Assembly: GCA_027491355.1 (NCBI GenBank)
Contig: JAIXWI010000034.1
Location: forward strand, 4,240-68,239
DNA: 64,000 nucleotides
Direction of reading: 5' to 3'
Source of the DNA: Bacteroidota bacterium
GTDB lineage: Bacteria; Bacteroidota; Bacteroidia; UKL13-3
Shown here: in pieces, positions 46,992 through 60,610 of the stretch
Layout: every line of letters starts with the position of its first letter
Numbering within the stretch: position 1 is the stretch's first letter
Position numbers and translations under genes: made by a program
Notes under the pieces: model-generated
What the model was told of the DNA's origin: nothing
The model's input: the letters and a program-made list of their open reading frames with translations, nothing else
The model's database searches: none

Positions 46992-49832
46992 ATGTCATCA
47001 AAAAACCAACAAGATATTTTCATTAAAGGTGCCCGCATGCACAATTTAAAAAACATTGATGTTCAAATACCAAGAAATCAATTGACTGTGGTTACAGGGG
47101 TTTCAGGTAGCGGAAAATCGAGTTTGGTATTTGATACCTTGTTTGCAGAAGGACAAAGAAGGTATGTAGAAAGTTTGTCAGCTTATGCCAGGCAATTTTT
47201 GGGTAAAATGAACAAACCAGATGTTGATTTTATTCATGGACTGTCTCCATCTATTGCTATAGAACAAAAAGTAAATACTCGGAATCCACGATCTACCATT
47301 GCTACTTCAACTGAAATTTACGACTATTTGAAGCTATTGTTTGCCAGGGTTGGTACAACCTACTCGCCTGTGAGTTGGCAAATTGTAAAAAGGCATAGGG
47401 TGCAAGATGTAGTGGATGCTATCATTGCAATGCCAGAAAACAGCAAGGTAATTATTTTAGCACCAATAGTATTGAGTATTGAAAACGTTTCCAAACAGTT
47501 AGAAATATACATTCAAAATGGCTTCAGCCGCTTGTTTTACGAAAACGAAATTCAAGATATAGAGAGCATACTAGAATCTAAGGTGCTCGAAAATAAAAAA
47601 GCTAAAAAACAAGGCCATTTGACTGCATTGGTTGTTGACCGTTTTGCCATTGATAAAAGTGACTTAGATGAATTGCAAAACCGTATTGCTGATAGCGTAC
47701 AAACTGCATTTTACGAAGGACAGGGCAATTGTATGGTTCAACAAATAACTGAAAACAATACCCAAACATTTGAATTCAATAACCGATTCGAATTAGACGG
47801 AATGGTATTTGAAGAACCTTCCGTGAATTTCTTTTCATTCAACAATCCTTATGGAGCATGTAAAACCTGCGAAGGATTCGGAAGTGTGGTTGGCATTGAT
47901 GAAGATTTGGTCATCCCTGATAAGTCAAAATCAGTGTTTGACGACGCCATCGTTCCATGGAAAGGCGAAAAAATGAGTGAATGGAAGACCCATTTTCTGA
48001 AAACAAGTAGCAAAGTTAAATTCCCCATTCATAAACCTTATTATGAATTAAGTGGATCACAAAAAGACTATTTATGGCATGGAGATGCCAATTGGGAAGG
48101 CATTGATGGATTTTTTAAAGAATTAGAAAGACAAACTTACAAAATTCAGTACAGGGTAATGCTTGCAAGGTATAGAGGTAAAACTTCATGTCCTGATTGC
48201 AAAGGAACCCGTTTGCGTAAAGATGCAAATTATGTGCGATTGAAAAGTGTGAACGAAAAAGTAAATACTGCCAGTGAATACAAATCTTTGAGTGCCATTT
48301 TACTGATGACCATAGACCAAGCTTTTACCTATTTCAGTGAACTTGAATTTGAAAATACAGCGGCAGAAATAGCTAAACGTATGTTGTTAGAAATAGTTAA
48401 TCGCTTGCAATTTTTAAAACAGGTTGGTTTGGGTTATTTATCATTGAACAGGCTTTCCAATACCTTGAGTGGTGGCGAAACCCAACGCATCAATTTGGCA
48501 ACTTCTTTGGGCAGTAGTTTGGTAGGATCTACTTATATTTTGGATGAACCAAGTATTGGTTTACACAGCAAAGATACCGAACAACTCATTGGGGTTTTAA
48601 AAAGACTCCGAGATATTGGCAATACGGTAGTTGTTGTAGAACACGACCAAGATGTCATGGAACATGCAGACCATATCATTGACATAGGTCCATTTGCAGG
48701 TATTCATGGTGGCAATTTGGTAGCTGCCGGAACCATACAACAATTGACAAAATCTGTTGAAAGTTTAACAGGAAAATATTTAGCTGGAATTGAACGCATA
48801 GAAGTACCAATTAAAAGAAGAAAGGCTTCAGATTTCATAACAGTAAAAGGAGCAAGACAACACAATTTAAAAGGAATAAAAGTAAGTTTTCCTTTACATA
48901 CACTTACTGTTATTACAGGTGTTTCAGGGAGTGGGAAAAGTACATTAATCAAAGGCATCCTTTACCCCGCAATTCAAAAGCACCTTGGCAATTATGCCAA
49001 TGAAAAAACGGGTCAATTTGAGTCTATTGAAGGCAATATCAAGCGCATCAAACAAGTTGAATTTGTAGACCAAAATCCAATAGGGAAATCGAGCAGATCT
49101 AACCCAATAACCTATATTAAAGCTTATGATGCCATAAGGGAGCTTTATGCCAACCAAGCCATTAGCAAAGGTAGAGCTTACAAACCTCAACATTTCAGTT
49201 TCAATGTAGATGGTGGACGCTGTGAAACATGCCAAGGAGAGGGAGAAGTAACCATTGAAATGCAATTCATGGCCGACATTCATTTAACTTGTGAATCTTG
49301 TAAAGGCGCGCGTTTCAAAGATGAAATATTAGATGTCAAGTATGAGGATAAAAACATCAGTGAGGTGTTGCACTTGAGTGTGGATGAAGCCATTGATTTT
49401 TTTGCTGGTGAACCAAGTATTGCCAACAAATTGAAACCCTTGCAAGATGTTGGTTTAGGTTATGTGCAATTGGGTCAAAGCAGCAATACTCTAAGTGGTG
49501 GCGAATCGCAAAGGGTTAAATTGGCCAGTTATTTAGGAAAGGGAAAAAATTCCGACCAAGTACTGTTTATTTTCGATGAGCCTACAACAGGCTTACACTT
49601 TAATGACATTAAGAAACTGCTAAAATCGTTTGATGCTTTGATTGCTCAAGGACACAGTATTATAGTGATTGAACACAATTTAGATGTCATCAAATGTGCT
49701 GATTATATCATTGACTTAGGCCCAGAAGCTGGAGAAAATGGGGGTGAAATTGTATTTGAAGGCACACCAGAAGAACTGATTAAAATTGAAAAAAGTTATA
49801 CCGCACATTATTTAAAAGACAAACTGAATTGA
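46992..49832 (+). CDS. uvrA: Excinuclease ABC subunit A
   Basis: GARMHNLKN, two GVSGSGKS Walker A motifs, zinc fingers, LSGGE signatures. Confidence 0.97.
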   Translation: MSSKNQQDIFIKGARMHNLKNIDVQIPRNQLTVVTGVSGSGKSSLVFDTLFAEGQRRYVESLSAYARQFLGKMNKPDVDFIHGLSPSIAIEQKVNTRNPRSTIATSTEIYDYLKLLFARVGTTYSPVSWQIVKRHRVQDVVDAIIAMPENSKVIILAPIVLSIENVSKQLEIYIQNGFSRLFYENEIQDIESILESKVLENKKAKKQGHLTALVVDRFAIDKSDLDELQNRIADSVQTAFYEGQGNCMVQQITENNTQTFEFNNRFELDGMVFEEPSVNFFSFNNPYGACKTCEGFGSVVGIDEDLVIPDKSKSVFDDAIVPWKGEKMSEWKTHFLKTSSKVKFPIHKPYYELSGSQKDYLWHGDANWEGIDGFFKELERQTYKIQYRVMLARYRGKTSCPDCKGTRLRKDANYVRLKSVNEKVNTASEYKSLSAILLMTIDQAFTYFSELEFENTAAEIAKRMLLEIVNRLQFLKQVGLGYLSLNRLSNTLSGGETQRINLATSLGSSLVGSTYILDEPSIGLHSKDTEQLIGVLKRLRDIGNTVVVVEHDQDVMEHADHIIDIGPFAGIHGGNLVAAGTIQQLTKSVESLTGKYLAGIERIEVPIKRRKASDFITVKGARQHNLKGIKVSFPLHTLTVITGVSGSGKSTLIKGILYPAIQKHLGNYANEKTGQFESIEGNIKRIKQVEFVDQNPIGKSSRSNPITYIKAYDAIRELYANQAISKGRAYKPQHFSFNVDGGRCETCQGEGEVTIEMQFMADIHLTCESCKGARFKDEILDVKYEDKNISEVLHLSVDEAIDFFAGEPSIANKLKPLQDVGLGYVQLGQSSNTLSGGESQRVKLASYLGKGKNSDQVLFIFDEPTTGLHFNDIKKLLKSFDALIAQGHSIIVIEHNLDVIKCADYIIDLGPEAGENGGEIVFEGTPEELIKIEKSYTAHYLKDKLN

Positions 49833-50560
49833 ACATGCAACCCAAAGTAATTCCATTCAAGGATTTAATCCTATACGAAGATGAACAGTTGCTGTTTATC
49901 AATAAACCTGCACATTATTCTTCTTTAGATGACAGGCATGGGGATGTTTTTTCAATCATCAGACAGGCTAAAAAGCACGATGAGCATTTACAGTTGTGTC
50001 ACCGATTGGACAAAGAAACCAGTGGTATCATGGTGATTGCTAAAAATGAAGCAGTTTACAGAGACATGGCCATGTTATTTGAGAAAAGAGGAATCACCAA
50101 AACCTACCATGCTTTGGTTAGCGGACAATTGCAAGTGGAGAACATCGATATCAAATTGCCACTTGCTCAAAGTGCTAAAGGTGTAGCTAAAGTTGACCTA
50201 AAAACTGGAAAGCCTTCGCTTACCTCAGTGAGCACCCTTCAATTGTACAGACACTATACCCTGTTGGCATGCAAACCACATACAGGCAGGCTGCACCAAA
50301 TACGTATTCATTTAGCTGCTCAAAATTTCCCATTGGTAGCTGATACTTTGTACGGTGGTAAAATGCCCTATTTGTCTCAGTTTAAAGCAAAATTCAAAGA
50401 AAGTAAATGGGAAAACGAAGAACCCATTATCAAGCGTGTAGCACTTCATGCATTTGAACTTGAATTTACTTTGAATGAAAAAGTATACCATGTAAAAGCA
50501 GACTACCCCAAAGATTTTGCTGTTTTTATCAAACAACTAGAAAAATACGATTCCATTTAA
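49829..50560 (+). CDS. RluA-family RNA pseudouridine synthase
   Basis: INKP, HRLDKETSG, TGRLHQIRIH, DTLYG, ALHA. Confidence 0.93.
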   Translation: MNMQPKVIPFKDLILYEDEQLLFINKPAHYSSLDDRHGDVFSIIRQAKKHDEHLQLCHRLDKETSGIMVIAKNEAVYRDMAMLFEKRGITKTYHALVSGQLQVENIDIKLPLAQSAKGVAKVDLKTGKPSLTSVSTLQLYRHYTLLACKPHTGRLHQIRIHLAAQNFPLVADTLYGGKMPYLSQFKAKFKESKWENEEPIIKRVALHAFELEFTLNEKVYHVKADYPKDFAVFIKQLEKYDSI

Positions 50561-50579
50561 ATTGTAGGCGTAAACCTTG

Positions 50580-50617
50580 ATGCAGTACAATGATAATTTG
50601 TTATCATTGTACTGCAT
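50580..50617. repeat. Perfect 17-bp inverted repeat overlapping the GT9 start
   Basis: ATGCAGTACAATGATAA-TTTG-TTATCATTGTACTGCAT. Confidence 0.85.
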
Positions 50618-51773
50618 GAACCTGAAATATAAACAGTGGATAGATGGTGTAATAGGCAGCGCAATGGTAACTGTGAATGTTATCATTGTCAGGGGTGTAG
50701 GTTTGTTATTTAAAAGAAACCACAGCATTGCCAAACAACCAGAAAATATTTTAATCATCAAAATGCTCGGGCTGGGAAGTGTTTTAATGGCCATGGACAG
50801 TTTAAACGGTGTAAAAAAAAACTATCCAAATGCTAAAATCATTCTCATGTGCGGAAAAGGAGTTGCAGCAGGTATTGAACCCTTGAACTTTTTTGATGAA
50901 ATTTGGGTGCACAACGACCGCAACTTTTTTCAATTGGTACTATCGGGCATCAAGTTATTGATAAAATCTTGGAGACTAAAAAAACTATGGGTTGTAGACC
51001 TTGAGGTTTATTCTATTTTAACTACACTCTTTAGTGCTTGGACTACTGCAATTAACCGGTTTGGATTTCAATTAAACAAAGTACATTTTAGAAACTACCT
51101 CAATACCCATAATATTTATTTTAACCAATTTGTACCGGTGCAGGATAATTATGCAAATCTGGTTCAAGCCATGGGTGTAGATACCCCTATTCCCTATCAA
51201 ATAGCAATTGAAACGCCAACTCAACGTTTAAACAAACAGGCTATTGCCATCAATAATACCTGCAGTGATTTGGGAGGTAAACTTCGTAAATTGGAACTGA
51301 ATCAACTGGTTGTAATGATTGAATATTTGACGAACACTTACCACTACAAGGTATTGTTAACGGGCGCCCCATCTGATGCTGCAGAAAATGATTGGGTCAT
51401 TGAAAAATTGTCTGATGCTGCAAAAAATTTAACCCAAAACATCGCGGGTAAATATACATTCAAAGCCTATTACGAGTTGTTAAAATTTGAATGCATTGCA
51501 ATGGTTACCATAGACAGTGCACCTCTGCACATTGCCAATAAACTTGGACTGCCAACTTTTAGTATTTGGGGACCTATTAACCCTATGCAACGGATTAAAA
51601 ACTCCCATCAAACCAAACAACATGTACTTTATTTGAATAAATCGTGTTCACCTTGTATACACATGTCTGACGTTGTTCCTTGTAATGGCAACAATACCTG
51701 CATGAAAGATTTTACAAGTACCTATATCAACCATGAACTCGATAAGTTTTTAACAACACTCCAACATGATTAA
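50616..51773 (+). CDS. Glycosyltransferase family 9 (heptosyltransferase-like)
   Basis: ILIIKMLGLGSVL, VTIDSAPLHIA..LGLPTFSIWGP, CSPC..C..C tail; likely ATG at 50616. Confidence 0.85.
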   Translation: MNLKYKQWIDGVIGSAMVTVNVIIVRGVGLLFKRNHSIAKQPENILIIKMLGLGSVLMAMDSLNGVKKNYPNAKIILMCGKGVAAGIEPLNFFDEIWVHNDRNFFQLVLSGIKLLIKSWRLKKLWVVDLEVYSILTTLFSAWTTAINRFGFQLNKVHFRNYLNTHNIYFNQFVPVQDNYANLVQAMGVDTPIPYQIAIETPTQRLNKQAIAINNTCSDLGGKLRKLELNQLVVMIEYLTNTYHYKVLLTGAPSDAAENDWVIEKLSDAAKNLTQNIAGKYTFKAYYELLKFECIAMVTIDSAPLHIANKLGLPTFSIWGPINPMQRIKNSHQTKQHVLYLNKSCSPCIHMSDVVPCNGNNTCMKDFTSTYINHELDKFLTTLQHD

Positions 51774-53040
51774 ACAACTGAAGTATTTAGTTTTTGCCTT
51801 TTGTTTGATATTGGTTGTATTTAGAACCATTAACATATCGGTTTACACTGAAGGTAGAGCTAGAAGCGCCATTTTAGGTGATGCTTTCAGTGATATCAAT
51901 ACCATTTCATCTGCAAAGTATTTTTTAGATTCTGGATTTATAAAAACCAGTTTCTTGCCTATGCACAACTATTATCCGGCAAACAATGCACCTGCGCTCA
52001 TTTATACACATTACCCAGCAATTCCAAATATTTTAGCAGGTATTTATGCTACAATTTTTAATTCTGTAGATGAGAGGTTGCTCAGGATTGTACCCATTCT
52101 TTTAGCTATTTTCTTCTTCTTTTTTATTTACAAAGTGCTTTACACCTTTATACAACAAGAACAAGCAGCTTTTATTGGTTCTTGTGTGTTGTGGTTGGGA
52201 AGTTATTATATCAATTGGGCAGACAACTTACACCAGCATCTGTATGGTGAATGTTTAAAATGGATATATGTTTACTTGTTGTTCAGGTACCATGAAGGCA
52301 ATAAAAAACCAATTACGCTATTGTTATGGATGTTACTAATCATGGTAATTGAAGTGAACATCAGTTTTGAACAACCTGTTTTTTTAGGAATGGCAACTTT
52401 AGGATTTTCAATTGTATACAAACAAGGAATATTCAATAAAGAAACCATATTGGCTTTTGTAGCATTGTTAGTTGGGCTTGGCCTTCATTTTTTACAGAAC
52501 ATGGTTTATTTTGGCAGTGCAGCAGCTGCTTTACAAGATTTCATCCATGCATTTAGTTTTAGGTCAACTGGGGCTGAAACCATTGGTTACATTAAAGAGA
52601 AAGCATACACCTGGCATAATTTCCCTGAAATTGTTTTTGGTTGGTTCAATGGAATGGAAAGGTTTTATTTGTTACCTGGATGGACCATTCTGTGCCTTTG
52701 GTTATTGTTGTATAAAACAGTTCGCCAACAACACCTCAAACTGTTTCAACTTTCTGTTGTGTTATTCATAGCAGGAGCAGCATGGGGATTTGTCATGAGT
52801 CAACACGCCTATATCCACGCTTTTACGAACAAGCATTTTTCTGTTTTTGTTGGCTTAAGTGCAGCCATATTGGTACCACTTTATTTACAAAAAATAAAAG
52901 TAGATTTCAGAACTGGAAACATTGGAGTAAAAGTTTTTCATAGCTTATTAATTGGCTATACAATGTTGATGTTATTGACCCAACAAGTATGGGAAATCTG
53001 GATTAAATTTGGATACTGTTACCCTTATTTCGGGTATTGA
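51766..53040 (+). CDS. Polytopic membrane protein, GT-C/ArnT-like
   Basis: About 10 TM segments; periplasmic loop with D..SD and YTHYPA, like the hPP motif of GT-C enzymes; overlaps the GT9 stop. Confidence 0.55.
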   Translation: MIKQLKYLVFAFCLILVVFRTINISVYTEGRARSAILGDAFSDINTISSAKYFLDSGFIKTSFLPMHNYYPANNAPALIYTHYPAIPNILAGIYATIFNSVDERLLRIVPILLAIFFFFFIYKVLYTFIQQEQAAFIGSCVLWLGSYYINWADNLHQHLYGECLKWIYVYLLFRYHEGNKKPITLLLWMLLIMVIEVNISFEQPVFLGMATLGFSIVYKQGIFNKETILAFVALLVGLGLHFLQNMVYFGSAAAALQDFIHAFSFRSTGAETIGYIKEKAYTWHNFPEIVFGWFNGMERFYLLPGWTILCLWLLLYKTVRQQHLKLFQLSVVLFIAGAAWGFVMSQHAYIHAFTNKHFSVFVGLSAAILVPLYLQKIKVDFRTGNIGVKVFHSLLIGYTMLMLLTQQVWEIWIKFGYCYPYFGY

Positions 53041-53045
53041 AATAA

Positions 53046-56844
<3,799 letters not shown>

Positions 56845-56870
56845 CACGAAAATTGCTTATTTTCGTATAG

Positions 56871-57416
56871 ATGCAATTGCTCGAAAACATTAAAACTGGA
56901 ATTGGTAAACTGATTTTAAATAAATCTTTTACCAAGCGCGTTGCCATGCGTGTTATGCCTGACTTTGCTCAAATGCAATCAATTGCTATTTTGTATGATG
57001 CCAGCAACAAGCATCAGGAAGAAGAAGTTACACATTTTGCAGCTTACCTCAGAGATCAAGGAAAAAAAGTAATGATGATGGGTTTTGTAAACGAAAAGAA
57101 CCTTCCTTTTCAAAAAAAGTTCCATATCAGTTCTCAATTCTTTTGGAGAGAAAACCTAAATTTTTTCAACCTTCCAGGTAAAATCAAACTCAGTGGTTTT
57201 ATAAACGAAGAATACGATTTACTCATCAATTTGTATACATCTTACAACCTACCTTTATTAGCACTTTCATCCTACAGCAATGCCAGCTATCGCATAGGTG
57301 CTAAATTTGAAGGAGCAGAAAGATTCAATGAAATTTTAATAGATGGTTCAAGTCATTCATTGTATGAATTAGGCCTACACATGGTTCATTATTTAAAAAG
57401 TATTCGTAAACAATGA
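56871..57416 (+). CDS. Conserved hypothetical protein (DUF6913-like)
   Basis: SIAILYD, FINEEYDLLIN, ASYRIG pattern of a Bacteroidota family usually found after ligA. Confidence 0.6.
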   Translation: MQLLENIKTGIGKLILNKSFTKRVAMRVMPDFAQMQSIAILYDASNKHQEEEVTHFAAYLRDQGKKVMMMGFVNEKNLPFQKKFHISSQFFWRENLNFFNLPGKIKLSGFINEEYDLLINLYTSYNLPLLALSSYSNASYRIGAKFEGAERFNEILIDGSSHSLYELGLHMVHYLKSIRKQ

Positions 57417-58018
57417 GTCAGCTGAGTTATCCTGTAATGGAACATTTTTACACCCTACAGGGTGAAGGCTATTATACTGGCCAAGCAGCCTATTTTATAA
57501 GACTTGGAGGCTGTGATGTAGGCTGTGTTTGGTGTGATGTGAAAGAAAGTTGGGATGTAAGTAAACATCCTAAAGTAAGCATTTCTGAATTGCTTGCTGC
57601 CATTGCCCAAACCCCAGCAAAAATTGTAGTGATTACAGGTGGTGAACCTTTGCTTCACCAACTCAACGCGTTGTGTTCTGCACTCAACCATGCTGGTTTA
57701 CGAACGCATATTGAAACCTCAGGCTCATCTGCCTTGAGTGGTTGTTGGAATTGGATTTGTTTATCGCCTAAAAAATTCAAAGCAGCATTACCTGAAGTAA
57801 TTGCAGTAGCTGATGAAATCAAATTGATCGTATTCAATCAATCTGATTTTGAGTGGGCCAAACAATTTGAAAAACAAGTTAAACCAAGCTGCAAATTGTA
57901 CTTACAACCAGAATGGGATCAACAACATAAAATGCTGCCCTTGTTAGTGGATTTTATAAAACAGCACCCTCATTGGCAAGTGAGTCTTCAAACGCACAAA
58001 TACCTACAAATACCTTAA
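57413..58018 (+). CDS. queE: 7-carboxy-7-deazaguanine synthase (radical SAM)
   Basis: FYTLQGEG, RLGGCDVGCVWCD, ITGGEP, IETSG, CLSPK, SLQTHK. Confidence 0.93.
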   Translation: MSQLSYPVMEHFYTLQGEGYYTGQAAYFIRLGGCDVGCVWCDVKESWDVSKHPKVSISELLAAIAQTPAKIVVITGGEPLLHQLNALCSALNHAGLRTHIETSGSSALSGCWNWICLSPKKFKAALPEVIAVADEIKLIVFNQSDFEWAKQFEKQVKPSCKLYLQPEWDQQHKMLPLLVDFIKQHPHWQVSLQTHKYLQIP

Positions 58019-58028
58019 TTCTGTTGCT

Positions 58029-60512
58029 GTGACTGATGACTTGGCCATACAATTGGAGGATGCATTGGCAACATTTGCAGAAGTTGTTTTGCCCTTACAC
58101 ATTCAAAGAACGTATACCTATCGCATTCCCCTAGCATTTGAAAAAACAGTTCAACCAGGTATGCGAGTAGCTGTTCAGTTTGGTGCTAAAAAAATTTATT
58201 CCGGAATCATACAAACAGTTCACCACCGTCCACCAACTGGATACGAAGCAAAATACATTTTGTCTTTCATTGATGATGCCCCAATTTTAGGTCCTCAACA
58301 ATTGAAATTTTGGGATTGGGTAGCAAGCTATTATTGTGCCTATTTAGGCGATGTCATGCAATTGGCTTTGCCAGCGGCTTTAAAATTGGAGAGTGAAACT
58401 ACCGTTTGTTTGGCTGAAGATTTTGAAGAACTAGCTGTAGAATTAGACGACCGTGAGTATTTAATCATAGAGGCATTACAATTGCGAAAAGCGCTCCGTA
58501 TTCAAGAAATTGAAGCAATCCTTCAACTCAAAAATACATTGCCCTTTTTAAAAAGTTTGGTGAGCAAATCGGCCATTGTTTTAAAAGAAAACCTAGAAGA
58601 AAAATACAAAGAGAAAAAAATTACCTGTATTCGCATTGCTGAACAATACAAAACTGAAGCAGCTATGCAGGATGTTTTTACCCGCCTAGAGAAAAAAGAA
58701 AAGCAATTGGCGGTATGGATGTGTTGTTTTCAATTGCAACAGCAAATGCAGCACATTCCTAAAAAAACTATCCTTCAAAAAACTGGAGTGAGTGAAGCTT
58801 CTTTACAAACCATGTACAAGCATGGTTACCTAGAAACTTATCAACTAACCATAGACCGCATACAATTGGAGTCAATGCCTCCTCAGGAGTTTACGCTGAA
58901 CGAAATACAAACAGTAGCTTTCAATAACATAGAAGCGTTGTTCCAAATAAAAGATGTGGTATTGTTACATGGTATTACCTCAAGTGGTAAAACACATGTG
59001 TATGTTAAACTCATAGAAGCACAAATCAAAGCAGGCAAACAGGTACTGATGCTGTTGCCAGAAATAGCCTTAACCGCACAAATCATTCAACGACTCAAAA
59101 AATATTTTGGCAATACTTGCATGGCTTTTCATAGCAAATTCAGTGATGCAGAAAGAGTGGAGATTTGGAATAAAGTCAATAAAAAAGAAGTGCAACTCAT
59201 TATTGGTGCAAGGTCTGCTTTGTTTTTACCATTTCAAGATTTAGGGCTTGTTATTGTGGATGAAGAGCACGAAAGTTCTTACAAACAACAAGATCCTGCG
59301 CCTAGGTACCATGCCAGAGAATCAGCCATTGTATTGGCCAAAATGATGGGGGCTAAAGTTATCTTGGGTTCTGCCACACCATCTGTAGAAAGTTATACCA
59401 ATGCGCTCAATGGCAAATATGGTTTGGTAGAGATGCACCAAAGGTTTGGCGAAATTCCTCAACCCGAAATGATTTTAGCCAATCTTGCAGAGGAAGGTAG
59501 AACCAAAACATTGGTTGGAAATTATTTCTCTAGCACACTGGTAAATGCCATTCAAACAGCATTGAACAACCAAGAGCAAATCATTTTGTTTCAAAACCGC
59601 AGAGGTTACGCCCCTATTTTAGAATGCGAAACCTGTAAATGGATTCCTAAATGCATCAATTGTGATATCAGTTTAACCTACCATAAATACAACCAATCTT
59701 TAAGTTGTCATTACTGTGGATATCAAATACAGCACCCTTCAAACTGCCATGCCTGTAATTCTAGTTTTTTAAATTTAAAAGGTTTTGGAACTGAAAAACT
59801 AGAAGATGAAATTGGTATTTTATTTCCAGAAGCCAGAATTGCCCGATTGGATTTTGATACCACCAGAACCAAACATGGACATGAAAAAATCATCCAAGAT
59901 TTTGAGGCTCATGCTGCTGACATACTCATAGGCACTCAAATGTTGAGTAAAGGCTTAGACTTTGAAAAGGTTTCTTTGGTAGGTGTAGTCAATGCCGATC
60001 AATTGTTGTTTTTCCCTGATTTCAGAGCACATGAAAGGGCCTTTCAATTAATTGCACAGGTTGCAGGTAGAGCAGGCCGTAAACACAAGCAAGGAAAAGT
60101 AATTGTACAAACTGCAAATCCAACCTATCCGATTATTCAATATATTTTAAATTCTGATTACAAAGGTTTGTATGCGTACGATTTATTGGAGCGTAAAAAA
60201 TTTGGTTATCCTCCAGAAAAAAGAATCATCAAACTTTCTATCAAACACAAAGATTTAAAAATTGCCAAAGAAGCATCTTGGCAACTCAAACTTCAATTGG
60301 GCACCTTGTTCAAAGACCAAATTTTAGGTCCTGAGGCGCCTTTTGTATCAAAAATCAGGAATTATTATATCAGAGAAATCCTTTTAAAAATAGACAGGGA
60401 TAACAAACAATTGGCCTACTTGAAACAAGGAATATTGTTTCACATCCAACAACTCAACAAACATCCACATTACAAATCAGTTTGGGTGAGCATTGATGTG
60501 GATCCGGTGTAG
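58029..60512 (+). CDS. priA: Primosomal protein N' (replication restart helicase)
   Basis: HGITSSGKT, PEIALT, VDEEHE, LGSATPS, NRRGY, four CxxC pairs, GTQM..KG.DF, QVAGRAGR, IDVDP. Confidence 0.97.
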   Translation: MTDDLAIQLEDALATFAEVVLPLHIQRTYTYRIPLAFEKTVQPGMRVAVQFGAKKIYSGIIQTVHHRPPTGYEAKYILSFIDDAPILGPQQLKFWDWVASYYCAYLGDVMQLALPAALKLESETTVCLAEDFEELAVELDDREYLIIEALQLRKALRIQEIEAILQLKNTLPFLKSLVSKSAIVLKENLEEKYKEKKITCIRIAEQYKTEAAMQDVFTRLEKKEKQLAVWMCCFQLQQQMQHIPKKTILQKTGVSEASLQTMYKHGYLETYQLTIDRIQLESMPPQEFTLNEIQTVAFNNIEALFQIKDVVLLHGITSSGKTHVYVKLIEAQIKAGKQVLMLLPEIALTAQIIQRLKKYFGNTCMAFHSKFSDAERVEIWNKVNKKEVQLIIGARSALFLPFQDLGLVIVDEEHESSYKQQDPAPRYHARESAIVLAKMMGAKVILGSATPSVESYTNALNGKYGLVEMHQRFGEIPQPEMILANLAEEGRTKTLVGNYFSSTLVNAIQTALNNQEQIILFQNRRGYAPILECETCKWIPKCINCDISLTYHKYNQSLSCHYCGYQIQHPSNCHACNSSFLNLKGFGTEKLEDEIGILFPEARIARLDFDTTRTKHGHEKIIQDFEAHAADILIGTQMLSKGLDFEKVSLVGVVNADQLLFFPDFRAHERAFQLIAQVAGRAGRKHKQGKVIVQTANPTYPIIQYILNSDYKGLYAYDLLERKKFGYPPEKRIIKLSIKHKDLKIAKEASWQLKLQLGTLFKDQILGPEAPFVSKIRNYYIREILLKIDRDNKQLAYLKQGILFHIQQLNKHPHYKSVWVSIDVDPV

Positions 60513-60610
60513 GATTTAGCTTATTTTCTAAAATTTGAGTTGAGTTCGATTGTTGTTGGGACTGGTAGTTTGGTTTCATATTTTTTTTCAAAACAGTGCC
60601 CACACTCCAT

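Noticed and set aside
50589..50608. Canonical Fur box
   Set aside because: Half-sites resemble AATGATAA, but the spacing does not match the 7-1-7/9-1-9 consensus, and the downstream genes are not iron-related.
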